The position numbers and the translations under genes were made by a program. Below, piece by piece: positions 50,393 through 60,072 of a DNA stretch of 64,000 bases. This DNA is from an uncultured Chloroflexia bacterium (GTDB taxonomy: Bacteria; Chloroflexota; Limnocylindria; Limnocylindrales; CSP1-4): the NCBI GenBank assembly GCA_963833225.1, contig CAWHXD010000017.1, positions 1 to 64,000 on the forward strand, given 5' to 3'. The number at the start of each line of letters is the position of its first letter. Position 1 is the first letter of the stretch. Below the pieces are notes generated by a model. The model was not told where the DNA came from, ran no database searches, and saw nothing but the letters and a program-made list of their open reading frames with translations.

Positions 50393-52507
50393 TCAGCCTG
50401 CGTGGGCCGGGATCTCGAGACCCAGTGCGGCCATCGTCTCCTCGACCTGGGCGAGCAGGCCGGGAACGTCGATCCGGATCAGGCGTCGCAGGTCGGTGAC
50501 CGAGCCGTGGTCGACGAAGCGGTCACCCGGGATGCCCAGGATCTTCACCGGCACCGACCGGTACGCCGGGTCGGCCAGGCGGGCCTCCTCGAACGCCTCG
50601 AGCACGCCGCTGCCGAACCCGCCGGTCACGACGCTCTCCTCGAAGGTCACGACCAGCTGCTTGCCACGCGCGGCATCGAGGATGAGCTGTCGGTCGAGCG
50701 GCTTCGCGAACCGGGCGTTGATGACCCCCACCGACCAGCCACGGGCGCCCAAACGATCCGCGACCTCGCTGGCCCGGGCGGTGATGGGGCCGAACCCGAC
50801 GAACAGCAGGTCCCGCCCTTCCCTCAGGACCTCGCCGCGGCCGACCGGCAGCACCTCGGGCTCGCGAACGGGCACGCCGAAGCCCGCGTCCCGCGGGTAG
50901 TGCAGCGCGAACGGATGGTCCTGGGCGAAGGCGGTGCGAACGAGCGAGCGGAGCTCCTGCTCGTCGCGCGGGCTGGCGATCACGAGGTTGGGCAGCATCC
51001 GCTGGGCCGGGATGGTGAACATGCCCTGGTGACTGGTGCCGTCCTCGCCCACCAGCCCCGCACGGTCCACGGCAAGCAGGACCGGGGCATCGTTCTGGCA
51101 GACGTCGTGAACGGTCTGGTCGAAGGCCCGCTGGAGGAAGGTCGAGTACAGCGCCACGACCGGCCGCATGCCTCCCAGCGCGAGGCCCGTGGCAAGCGTG
51201 ACCGCGTGCTGCTCGGCGATCCCGACATCGATGAACCGGTCCGGGTACGCCGCCTGCATCTTCGAGAGGCCGGTGCCGGTGGGCATCCCGGCCGTGATGG
51301 CCACGATCCGCCGATCGTCCGCGGCCAGCGCGACCAGCTCGGCCGCGAAGTGCGCCGTGTAGTTGGGGACCTTCCGGCTGTTCTGGGGGTCCGGCGCCGT
51401 CGCCTTCGCGGGCCCGACGGCAACCCGGTCGCGCCCCCGCCGGTCCGCCATCACCGACGCCGAGGGAGGCGCCCCCTCCTCGGCTTCGTGGGATGGCGAG
51501 ACCGAGGAGCCGCCGGCGGCCGACGACGCCATGCCCTCGCCATGCCCGTTGCCGTTGGCGGCCCCGATGCGATCGTGTGAATCGGTCGCCGGAACGGCGA
51601 TCGGGGGCAACGCGGCGCCGTGGAAGCTGACCTGGTCCGTCTCCGCCGGCCGGTAGCCCTTTCCCTTCTGCGTCCGGACGTGGACGATCACCGGGCCGTT
51701 GAGCGCGAGCGCCCGGCGGAAGGTCTCCTCAAGGAATGGCCGGTCGTGCCCCGGCATGACGCCGACGTAGGTGATCCCCAAGTCCTCGAACAGCTGGCCG
51801 GGCTGGGCGAACGACACCACCGACTGGCGGAAGCGGCGGCTCATCTCCAGCAGGCGGGGGCCGACCACGGGCACGTGCTCGGTGACGGTGTCCCAGGCGC
51901 CCTTGCCCTGCTGCCAGGCCTGGCTCAGCTTGATCTCGGAGAGGTACTTCGAGAGCGCGCCCACGGACGGGCTGATGGACATCTCGTTGTCGTTGAGCAC
52001 GATCAGGAGCTGCGTCTGGCGGTGGCCGATGTCGTTGAGCGCCTCCAGCGACAGCCCCGAGAGGAGCGCCGCGTCACCCACGACGACGGCGATCCGCTCC
52101 ATGGAGTGGCGCAGGTCACGGGCGGTCGCCAGGCCCTGGGCGATGGACAGGCCGGTGCCGGCGTGGCCGCCGTCCATCACGTCGTGGGGCGATTCGCTCC
52201 GCCGCGGAAAGCCGCCGATGCCATCGATCTGGCGGAGCGTGTGGAACCGTTCGAGGCGCCCGGTCAGCAGCTTGTGGGCATAGGCCTGGTGGCCGGTGTC
52301 CCACACGATCCGGTCGCGTGGCGATTCCAGCAGCCGGTGCAGCGCGAGCGTGACCTCGACGACACCGAGCGATGAGCCGAGGTGGCCGCCTGTCGCCGCG
52401 ACCGTGCGGATGATCGTCTCGCGGAGCTCGCCGGCGAGCTGCACGAGCTCTGCCTCGGACAGGCCGCGCAGGTCGGCGGGCTCATGCAGGCGGTCGAGGA
52501 TCGGCAC
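50393..52507 (-). CDS. dxs: 1-deoxy-D-xylulose-5-phosphate synthase
   Basis: GGHLGSSLG, WDTGHQAY, GDAA..NDNEMSI, DVGIAEQHA, YSTFLQRAFDQ. Confidence 0.97.
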   Translation of the reverse strand: MPILDRLHEPADLRGLSEAELVQLAGELRETIIRTVAATGGHLGSSLGVVEVTLALHRLLESPRDRIVWDTGHQAYAHKLLTGRLERFHTLRQIDGIGGFPRRSESPHDVMDGGHAGTGLSIAQGLATARDLRHSMERIAVVVGDAALLSGLSLEALNDIGHRQTQLLIVLNDNEMSISPSVGALSKYLSEIKLSQAWQQGKGAWDTVTEHVPVVGPRLLEMSRRFRQSVVSFAQPGQLFEDLGITYVGVMPGHDRPFLEETFRRALALNGPVIVHVRTQKGKGYRPAETDQVSFHGAALPPIAVPATDSHDRIGAANGNGHGEGMASSAAGGSSVSPSHEAEEGAPPSASVMADRRGRDRVAVGPAKATAPDPQNSRKVPNYTAHFAAELVALAADDRRIVAITAGMPTGTGLSKMQAAYPDRFIDVGIAEQHAVTLATGLALGGMRPVVALYSTFLQRAFDQTVHDVCQNDAPVLLAVDRAGLVGEDGTSHQGMFTIPAQRMLPNLVIASPRDEQELRSLVRTAFAQDHPFALHYPRDAGFGVPVREPEVLPVGRGEVLREGRDLLFVGFGPITARASEVADRLGARGWSVGVINARFAKPLDRQLILDAARGKQLVVTFEESVVTGGFGSGVLEAFEEARLADPAYRSVPVKILGIPGDRFVDHGSVTDLRRLIRIDVPGLLAQVEETMAALGLEIPAHAG

Positions 52508-52648
52508 GGCTGAACGGCTCCTGGTGCTCGGGTGAGACGTCGATGTCTGGACGACCGTGCGCCCGTCGGTGGTGCGTCTCCCCGATGGAAATATGATAGT
52601 CAATGGTAGCAGGATCCTGTGAGCGCCCACGCCAGGCGCCCGGTTCCC

Positions 52649-52924
52649 CTACTCGTCCTCGGCCTCCTCCGGGAGGACATCCACGGCGGCCAGCGCCCCC
52701 CCGGGGCGCGCCATCAGCTGCTGGACCCTCAGCTCGGCCTCGCTGAGCAGCCGCTCGCATCGCCGCTGGAGGGCCACCGCTCGCTCGTACTGCGCGATGG
52801 TCGCCTCGAGCGAGCCGCCGCCGGCCTCGAGGGCCGTGACGACGCGCTGGAGCTCGGCGAAGGCGTCGTCGTAGGCCAGGCTGTCGACGTCTGCCGTCGC
52901 GTCCGGTCCGGGTGTTTCGGTCAC
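52649..52924 (-). CDS. xseB: Exodeoxyribonuclease VII small subunit
   Basis: YDDAFAELQRVVTALE..LEATIAQYERA..C..LL.EAE. Confidence 0.9.
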   Translation of the reverse strand: MTETPGPDATADVDSLAYDDAFAELQRVVTALEAGGGSLEATIAQYERAVALQRRCERLLSEAELRVQQLMARPGGALAAVDVLPEEAEDE

Positions 52925-52958
52925 GGGCGGGCTCCTGTGGGTCGCGGCACGTGGTGGA

Positions 52959-54386
52959 TCATACCGATGGTGGCTCCGCGACCGGGCCATCGCTGGTGGC
53001 CACGAGGCTGCCGCCGGCGAGCGTGAGCCGCAGTCCGGTTCCTGCGGGAGCGGCGGCCGGGTCCCGGAGGATGGCACCATCGGGATCCCGGCGGACGATG
53101 GCATAGCCACGCGCGAGCGTCGCCTGCGGGCCCAGGGCACCGAGCGAGGCCGTCACCGCGGCCAGCCCCGCCGCCGACCGGCGCAGCCTGCCCTCGACGA
53201 GGGCCGGGGCTCGTCCGGTGAGGACCTCGAGGCGCCCGTGCTCCCGGGCCAGGCGGGACGGCAGCAACGTCGCGAGACGCGCGGTCGTGCGCTCGCCGGC
53301 CCGTGCGGTGTCCCGGAGGCGGTCCGCCACGACTCGCGCCGCCCGGTCCAGCAGCAGCCCGGCCCGTTCGCGCGATGCCGCCAGCTGGGCACGGGGCTCG
53401 AGCCGGACGAGCGCCCGCAGCTCGCCGTCGAGGTCGCGGCGACCGGCCGCCACGGCCCGGGCGATGGCGGACTCGGCACGCAGCCCCGCGCGGCGGCATC
53501 GCTCGAACGCCTCCATCCGGTCCGGCACGACGAGCTCCGCGGCGGCCGAGGGCGTGGCCGCCCGGACATCCGCGGCGAAGTCGGCAAGCGTCACGTCCAC
53601 CTCGTGGCCCACCCCGGTGACCACCGGGACGGGGTGAGCGATGACCGCCCGCACGACGCGCTCGTCGTTGAACGACCACAGGTCCTCGAGCGAACCGCCG
53701 CCCCGAGCCAGGATCGTCACGGCGGGGGCGTCGATCACCCGCCCCTCGGCCATCTCCTCGTCGCGGAAGCGCTCCAGCCGTCGCAGCGCCGCCACGATGC
53801 TCTGTGGGGCGCCGTCACCCTGGACCTTGCAGGCGACCAGGAGGACGCGGGCCAGCGGCCAGCGCCGGGCAAGGACCGTGCACACGTCGCGCCAGACGGC
53901 TCCGCTCGGGGACGTGACCACCGCGATCGTCCGGGGACGATCCGGCAGGGGCCGCTTGCGTGACGCGTCGAACAGGCCCTCGTCCGCCAGCCGGGCCTTG
54001 AGCTCCTCGAACCGAAGGGTGAGGTTCCCGAACCCCGACGGCTGCAGCGCCTCCACGTAGAGCTGCAGGGCGCCCTGCGGCTCGAACACGTCCATCCGGC
54101 CGTGCGCGACCACCTGGAGGCCTGTCTGGGGCTGGAACGGCGACCGCACGCGGTCGTCCCGGAACCAGACGCACTGCAGCTGGGCCCGGGCATCCTTGAG
54201 CGTGAAGTAGGCGTGCCCGGCGCTCGACACGGTGACCCGGCCGACCTCGCCCTCGACCCACAGGTCCCGGAGCCCGTCGTCGGAGCGGACGCGGTCCCGG
54301 ATGGCGCGGCTGACCTCGGAGACGGTGCGAACGCGCAGGCCGAACGTGCCGCTCGGGATGGGGCGACCCAGGTCATCCGGGGACAC
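52959..54386 (-). CDS. xseA: Exodeoxyribonuclease VII large subunit
   Basis: GHAYFTLKD, ARGGGSLEDLWSFNDE, GVGHEVD, TPSAAAE. Confidence 0.96.
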   Translation of the reverse strand: MSPDDLGRPIPSGTFGLRVRTVSEVSRAIRDRVRSDDGLRDLWVEGEVGRVTVSSAGHAYFTLKDARAQLQCVWFRDDRVRSPFQPQTGLQVVAHGRMDVFEPQGALQLYVEALQPSGFGNLTLRFEELKARLADEGLFDASRKRPLPDRPRTIAVVTSPSGAVWRDVCTVLARRWPLARVLLVACKVQGDGAPQSIVAALRRLERFRDEEMAEGRVIDAPAVTILARGGGSLEDLWSFNDERVVRAVIAHPVPVVTGVGHEVDVTLADFAADVRAATPSAAAELVVPDRMEAFERCRRAGLRAESAIARAVAAGRRDLDGELRALVRLEPRAQLAASRERAGLLLDRAARVVADRLRDTARAGERTTARLATLLPSRLAREHGRLEVLTGRAPALVEGRLRRSAAGLAAVTASLGALGPQATLARGYAIVRRDPDGAILRDPAAAPAGTGLRLTLAGGSLVATSDGPVAEPPSV

Positions 54387-54406
54387 GGATCGCTCTCCCT
54401 CGCGCG

Positions 54407-54964
54407 TCAGAGGCGGGTCTGGTACTCGCCGGTGCGGGTGTCGATCCGGAGGGTGTCCCCCTCGGTCACGAACAGGGGCACCGTGACCACGAGGCCGGTC
54501 TCCATGGTCGCGTTCTTGCGCGCGCCCTGGGCAGTGTCGCCCGCGTACCCCGGCTCGGTCTCGACCACGAGCAGGTCCACGGTCACCGGGAGCTCGACGC
54601 CGAGGGTGTCGCCCTGGTAGCTCGTCCGGTCGAGCGTCATGCCCTCCTTGAGGAAGCCGACCACGTCATCGAGGGTCTCGGCCCGGAGGCTGAACTGCTC
54701 GTAGGACTCGGTCTCCATGAAATGGAGGTCGTCGCCGTCGCGGTACAGGAACTGGACGGGCCGTCGGTCGATCTGGGCGCGAGGCCAGCGGTCGCCGGCC
54801 TGGAACGACTTCTCGACCGTGCTGCCCTTCTTGACGTTCCGGAGCTTGATCCGGACCTGGGCAGAGCCGCGGCCCATCTTGATGTGGTGGTAGTCGAGGA
54901 TCTGCCACAGGTCGCCGTCAAGCTCGATGACGACGCCCTTGCGCAGCTCTCCGGTGCTGATCAT
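54407..54964 (-). CDS. efp: Elongation factor P
   Basis: HIKMGRGSA, METGLVVTVPLFV..DTRTGEY. Confidence 0.96.
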   Translation of the reverse strand: MISTGELRKGVVIELDGDLWQILDYHHIKMGRGSAQVRIKLRNVKKGSTVEKSFQAGDRWPRAQIDRRPVQFLYRDGDDLHFMETESYEQFSLRAETLDDVVGFLKEGMTLDRTSYQGDTLGVELPVTVDLLVVETEPGYAGDTAQGARKNATMETGLVVTVPLFVTEGDTLRIDTRTGEYQTRL

Positions 54965-55088
54965 CGGGTGTGGTGCTCCGGTGGCGCGTGGCGCGGTCGG
55001 GAGACGTGCAGGCTCGCCGCGCTCGGTCGGTGGGTGTCTCCGGGATGCTACCAGAGGCCGTGCCGACGGCCCTGGGAGGCGGCGCCGG

Positions 55089-56315
55089 TCAGGAGGGCAG
55101 GGCGATCACGGAACGCGGGAACCGGGTCAGGCGCTCCACCACGCCCCGGGCGGCATCGAGGTGGATCAGGTCCTCGATCCGGACGCCGGTCACCCCGTCG
55201 AGATAGACGCCGGGCTCCACGGAGAACACGGTCGGACTGGGCAGCGGGTCGTCGGATGCGCGCCTGGACAGCGATGGCTCCTCGTGGGTCGCCAGGCCGA
55301 TCCCATGCCCGGTGCCGTGACCGAAGTGCGATCCGTGGCCGGCATCCGTGATCAGGTCACGCGCCGCGGCATCGGCGGCCCGGCCACCGACCAGGGCACC
55401 GTTCGCGACGGGCAGCCGCTCCACCGAGGCGGCGATGGCATCGATCGAGGCCTGCTGGGCACGCGCGACCAGGTCGTAGATCTCGAGGTCCCGGGGACGC
55501 GGCTCGCCCACGAACAGGGTCCGTGTCATGTCGCTCCGGTAGCCCTCCACCTGGGCGCCGAAGTCGAACAGGAGGACCTCCCCTGCCAGCACCGGCCGGT
55601 CACCCGGCGACCCGTGCGGCAGGGCGGCCTCGGGGCCGGCGAGGCAGGCGACGTTGAACGCGAGGGCCTCGGCACCACTGGTTCGCATGAGCCACTCGAG
55701 CCGGAGCGCAAGGTCGTGCTCGGTGACGCCGGGCCGGATCTCGGGGAGGAGGGCCGCGAGCGCCCGATCGGCGACCGCGCAGGCGGCCTCGATCCGCTCG
55801 ATCTCGTCGGGGGCCTTTCGCGCGCGCAGGGCCTCGACCCAGCCGTCGACCGCCACGAGCTCCACCTCGGGTGCCGCGGCGGCAAGGCGCGTCCAGAGGG
55901 CATGCGACGTTGCCGCGGCCTCGACCGCCACCCGGCGGGCGCCGGCACGGGCAACCAGCCGTGCCCAGTGCTCGGCCAGGTCATAGCCGATCTCCTCGAC
56001 CACCGCGTCCGGCGCCTCGCGGCGCGCCTGGAGCGTGTACCGGGAGTCCGTCACCAGCAGGACATCGTCGGGTCCCACCAGGAGCTGCCCGGAATGGCCG
56101 GCAACCTTGTCCTCGCCCTCGGCCAGCGTGAACCCGGTGAGCCACCGCATGTGCTCGGGCCGGAGGCCGAAGTAGGCGTCGACGCCGTCGCGCGCCATCC
56201 GCTCGCGCAGGAGCGCCAGGCGCCCCGGCTGCTGCGCGCGCTCCGCCTCGCGCCAGCGAGCGCGGGTGAGGGCATCCGGGGGCGGGGCGAAGTCGGACGG
56301 GACCGGCAGCGACAT
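55089..56315 (-). CDS. Xaa-Pro peptidase (M24B)
   Basis: LPHG, DFGA..YRSDMTRT, HGTGHGIGL..HE, SVEPGVY, GVRIED. Confidence 0.93.
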   Translation of the reverse strand: MSLPVPSDFAPPPDALTRARWREAERAQQPGRLALLRERMARDGVDAYFGLRPEHMRWLTGFTLAEGEDKVAGHSGQLLVGPDDVLLVTDSRYTLQARREAPDAVVEEIGYDLAEHWARLVARAGARRVAVEAAATSHALWTRLAAAAPEVELVAVDGWVEALRARKAPDEIERIEAACAVADRALAALLPEIRPGVTEHDLALRLEWLMRTSGAEALAFNVACLAGPEAALPHGSPGDRPVLAGEVLLFDFGAQVEGYRSDMTRTLFVGEPRPRDLEIYDLVARAQQASIDAIAASVERLPVANGALVGGRAADAAARDLITDAGHGSHFGHGTGHGIGLATHEEPSLSRRASDDPLPSPTVFSVEPGVYLDGVTGVRIEDLIHLDAARGVVERLTRFPRSVIALPS

Positions 56316-56317
56316 CG

Positions 56318-57706
56318 TCAGTTGCCGCCGTACTTCGCCACGTTGCGCTCGTGCTCCGCACGGGTCTTCGCGAACGCGCTCGAGCCAGAGCCGTCACCCT
56401 TGGCGATGAAGAACAGGTAGCCGGTCTTCGTGTCCGGGTTGAGCGCGGCCTCGATCGACGCGAGGGCGGGCGAGCAGATCGGCCCGGGAGGCAGGCCGGC
56501 GCTGGTGTAGGTGTTGTAGCCGGCCAGCTCGTCCGGCAGGGGCACCGGGAGCTGTTCCACCAGCGAATCCCAGAAGACGTACTTGGTCCACCCGGACAGC
56601 TTCATCGCGTCCAGCTGGAGGGTGTCGTTGGTGTAGAAGATCGTGGGATCGGACTGCAGCAGGCCCGTGGGCCACTTCTTGGGGTTGAGCCGGTTCTGGT
56701 AGACACCGGCGATCAGCGGGCGCTCCTCGTCGAGCACCGCCTCGCGCTCCACGATCGAGGCGAGCACCAGCACCTGGTAGAAGGTCAGCCCGCGGCTCTC
56801 CGGGACCTGGAGCCGCTCCTCGCCGACTCGATCGTAGAACGCGTTGAGCATCATCCGGATCAGGTCCTCGGCGCTCGTGGGCGCATCCGCATCGACCCGG
56901 ATCGTGTAGGTCGCCGGATACAGGAACCCCTCGAGGCTGGCTCCCTTGGGGCGGACGCTCTCGTCGATCAGCCACGGGTAGTCCGCGAGCAGCTCGTCGG
57001 GCGGGTTGAGCGCGATGTCGCGGAACGCCCTGGCGTCGACGGACGTGCCGTCGATGGTCAGGAGCTTGGCCACCATCTGCTCGATCCGGAGCCCCTCGCG
57101 GAACGTGATGTCGATCGTCCGGACCACGATCCGGTTCTCCACCAGGCCCTTGACGACCTCGGCCGGCGTCAGGTTGAGGGCCAGCGAGAAATCGCCCGCC
57201 TGGAGCTTGGGGGCGAGGCCATCCATGCGCGCCTGGAACAGGAACACCCGCTCCGACGTGATGATCTTCGCGCCCAGCAGGCGCGGTGCCAGCGTGGCGG
57301 GCGTGTCGCCCGACTCCACCGTGAACTCCACCACGCTGGGGTTCGTCCCGGCGGGCGCCGTGAGGGCGGGCCCCAGGTCCTCGCGCACGAGATCCTGGAT
57401 GAACCCGATGCGCAGGGCCGCCGGATTGTCCTCGGCGAGCGGAACGATGACCAGCCGTGCGATCGGGCGGGCAACGGTGAACAGGGCGACGAGGACGACG
57501 CCGGCCAGCACCAGCAGGAACACGATGAACCCCAGCAGCCCGGTCAGCCCGCCGCGCCGCTGGCCGTAGCGCTCGTACCGCCGCTGGTCGCCGGGACCCC
57601 GCCCGAAGCGTCCGGTCCGCCGGTAGCCGTTGGGCGCCGGACGGGCGGGCTCGGGAACCGGTGGGACGTAGTCCCCGCGCGGGCCACGTCCGCCCCGGAT
57701 GCTCAT
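56318..57706 (-). CDS. mltG: Endolytic transglycosylase MltG
   Basis: TM anchor, LEGFLYPATY, ASIVEREA, LQSDPT, YNTY..GLPPGPI. Confidence 0.94.
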   Translation of the reverse strand: MSIRGGRGPRGDYVPPVPEPARPAPNGYRRTGRFGRGPGDQRRYERYGQRRGGLTGLLGFIVFLLVLAGVVLVALFTVARPIARLVIVPLAEDNPAALRIGFIQDLVREDLGPALTAPAGTNPSVVEFTVESGDTPATLAPRLLGAKIITSERVFLFQARMDGLAPKLQAGDFSLALNLTPAEVVKGLVENRIVVRTIDITFREGLRIEQMVAKLLTIDGTSVDARAFRDIALNPPDELLADYPWLIDESVRPKGASLEGFLYPATYTIRVDADAPTSAEDLIRMMLNAFYDRVGEERLQVPESRGLTFYQVLVLASIVEREAVLDEERPLIAGVYQNRLNPKKWPTGLLQSDPTIFYTNDTLQLDAMKLSGWTKYVFWDSLVEQLPVPLPDELAGYNTYTSAGLPPGPICSPALASIEAALNPDTKTGYLFFIAKGDGSGSSAFAKTRAEHERNVAKYGGN

Positions 57707-58215
57707 GCGTCCGTCCCCAATGGGCGCTCCGGCACGCGGGCCAAGCCCGTGAGGCCAGCCGCCTCTCGACGCGCGTCAAGCTCGTCCTGGAGGATGATGC
57801 TGGCGGCTTCGCGATCGATTCGCGCCCGGTGCGCATCGCGCTGCGTCCGAGACGGTGGGCCGCCCGATCGGCCGCGGGGCATCCGTCCCAGCCGCCGTTC
57901 GGCCTCGAACGATGACAGGCGTTCGTCGCGCAGGGTCACGGGGAGGTCGAGCCGGCTGGCAAGCTCCGAGGCCCAGGCGCGGGCGCCCGCCGCCATCTCG
58001 CCCTCGGTGCCACGGGCCTCGACCGGCAACCCGACGACCAGCTCGCGGACGTCCTGCTCCAGGCACACACGGCCGATCGTGTCGGCATCGGCCTGCGGCG
58101 TGTTTGACCGTCTCACCGTGGACAGGGGCCGGGCGATCCCAATGCCGGCGTCGGCGACGGCCAGGCCGATCCGTCGGGTGCCGAGGTCGACACCCAGGAT
58201 CCGGCTCACCGGCAC
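57703..58215 (-). CDS. ruvX: YqgF/RuvX nuclease
   Basis: LGVDLGTRRIGLA, VVGLP, DERLSS, IDREAA..ILQ. Confidence 0.94.
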   Translation of the reverse strand: MPVSRILGVDLGTRRIGLAVADAGIGIARPLSTVRRSNTPQADADTIGRVCLEQDVRELVVGLPVEARGTEGEMAAGARAWASELASRLDLPVTLRDERLSSFEAERRLGRMPRGRSGGPPSRTQRDAHRARIDREAASIILQDELDARREAAGLTGLARVPERPLGTDA

Positions 58216-58243
58216 GAGACGATCGTCGGGGTGGACTGCAGCA

Positions 58244-60064
58244 TCAGCCGGATGGTACTGGCTGGGAGGGCGTCCCGTCGTCGGCCGGACCGGACGGCGA
58301 CGGCGCCGGCCGGATGGAGGGCAGGACCGGTTCGACGTCCGGCACCGCGTCGACGGCGTCCAGGACGGTCAGCGTCACGCGCGAATTGACCGTGGGAACG
58401 CTCGTGACCATGTCCGGCCAGAGCGCGATGGTCACATCCCCATACGGCTCCAGGAGGGCGCGTGCCTGGTCCGCCGGGAGCCCCATGACCTGCTGGCGGA
58501 GCCGCTCGCCGTCCACCGGCCGGACCTGCTTGGCGACACCGGCGACCGGGAACTCGATGACCCCGTGCCTGACGGTGCCCTCCCCGGCCGACACTTGCGT
58601 CGACCCCTCGACAAGATCCCAGCCCGGCGTGACCGAGTCCGCGAGCGCCCCGGCGGCGATGGCGTCGAGTGGCGACGCATCGACGGCGAGCACGGTCGCG
58701 GTCGCGGTGAGCCCCAGCTCGAATGTCTCGACCTCCACGTTGACGAGGCTCTCCGGATCGACCGTGGGTGTCGCCTCACCAAGGGTCGCCGTCTCCGGGA
58801 AGACCGTCGCCTCGGTGGGAACGCCGTCCGCGTTGTCCACCTGTGCCTCGAACTGCGCCTGCAGATCGACGGCCAGCGTGGCCAGCGCTTCGTCGACGTC
58901 CTTGCGGGAGATCCGGGTGAACTCCTCGCGAGTGCCACCGGTCGTCGGATCCGGATTGGACACCGTGACCAGGTTGCGATCGTAGCGTGCCGGCACGACC
59001 CGGATCCGTCCCGCCTCGACGTTGCCGTCTGGCCCCGGCTTGGCGGCCGTGACCGCGACCTCGGTCGTCTGGCACCTGATCGTCTGCACCGAGCCGCTGC
59101 CCGTGATCTGGGCGACGGGCAGGAACACGGACTCGTCGATCTCGAACTCGATGCCATCCGGCGTCTTGACAGAGGTCCCGGACGAGATCGTGTACGAGGC
59201 CGACGGATCGCAGTTCCGCCAGCGAACCACACCCGTCGCGCGGGTGGTCTCGACGCGCTTGCCCGTGGCCGGGAACTCCGTGGAGACCTCGACCGGGAGG
59301 TCCACCACCTGGGCGGGGATCACGAGCCTGTCCGCATCCACGGCGGTGGCAAGCGGATCCGCGGTGACGACGAGCTCCACGGGACCGACCGCCTCCACCC
59401 GTGGGGCGATGGTGATGTCGGCCGCCGGCAGGAACACGAACGCGGCCACGCCCGCCGCGCCCAGCGCGACCAGCAGGATCAGGACACCCGCCACGAGACC
59501 CGCGCCCGGAAGCCTGCGGGAGGGCCGGACCACGGGCACCTCGCGGCTGCGCCGGACGATCGCCTCAAGCTCGGCCTCGCGGTCAGCCGGGAGGCCTGCC
59601 GCCCCGTCGGCGATGCCGACCTCCTCCGCCGCCGCTGCCGGGGACGGATCGCGCGCCGTTCTGCGCTCCGCCTTATCCGACCCTGGGGACGAGCCCGCGG
59701 TCCGTGCGGCCGGCGCCGACCGAGCGGGCCGCTCCGTCACGTCGCCGGCCGGCGGGGTGTCCGTCGCGGGCTGCCCGGCTGCTGCCGATCCCTCGAGCGC
59801 GTCCTCGTACTCCCCGACCGACCCGAAGACCGGCAGTCCGGCCGACGCGGCCAGCGCCCTCGCGGACGCGTCAGGCGCCACGATGTCCAGCCGGCGCCCG
59901 TTCGCCATCGCCTCACGGGCGAGGAGCCGGAAGTTGATCCGCGACGTCGCGACGCGGGACCCGAACGGGATGACGATCGCCACCCGTGGGTCCGTCGCCT
60001 GGCGGATCCGGGCTGCCGCGGTCGTGATCTCGTCGTCGGGATCGAGGTAGATGATCGCCGCCAT
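58244..60064 (-). CDS. Membrane-anchored baseplate J/gp47-like domain protein
   Basis: N-terminal IYLDPDDEIT domain, Pro/Ala linker, single TM, then ATGVVRW.N..ISSGT.V.T..GIEF..VTAAKPGPDGNV..VSNPDPTTGG typical of baseplate J. Confidence 0.8.
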   Translation of the reverse strand: MAAIIYLDPDDEITTAAARIRQATDPRVAIVIPFGSRVATSRINFRLLAREAMANGRRLDIVAPDASARALAASAGLPVFGSVGEYEDALEGSAAAGQPATDTPPAGDVTERPARSAPAARTAGSSPGSDKAERRTARDPSPAAAAEEVGIADGAAGLPADREAELEAIVRRSREVPVVRPSRRLPGAGLVAGVLILLVALGAAGVAAFVFLPAADITIAPRVEAVGPVELVVTADPLATAVDADRLVIPAQVVDLPVEVSTEFPATGKRVETTRATGVVRWRNCDPSASYTISSGTSVKTPDGIEFEIDESVFLPVAQITGSGSVQTIRCQTTEVAVTAAKPGPDGNVEAGRIRVVPARYDRNLVTVSNPDPTTGGTREEFTRISRKDVDEALATLAVDLQAQFEAQVDNADGVPTEATVFPETATLGEATPTVDPESLVNVEVETFELGLTATATVLAVDASPLDAIAAGALADSVTPGWDLVEGSTQVSAGEGTVRHGVIEFPVAGVAKQVRPVDGERLRQQVMGLPADQARALLEPYGDVTIALWPDMVTSVPTVNSRVTLTVLDAVDAVPDVEPVLPSIRPAPSPSGPADDGTPSQPVPSG

Positions 60065-60072
60065 GGCCGGCG

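Noticed and set aside
52584-52606. AT-rich GGAAATATGATAGTCAATG upstream of dxs as a Fur/Zur box
   Set aside because: Poor palindrome; more simply explained as promoter sequence.
52508-52648. ispA absent between xseB and dxs
   Set aside because: Ordinary operon variation; the gene may lie elsewhere.
58244-60064. Prophage, tailocin or eCIS locus
   Set aside because: No other tail or capsid genes; the protein has a TM anchor and sits among core genes.
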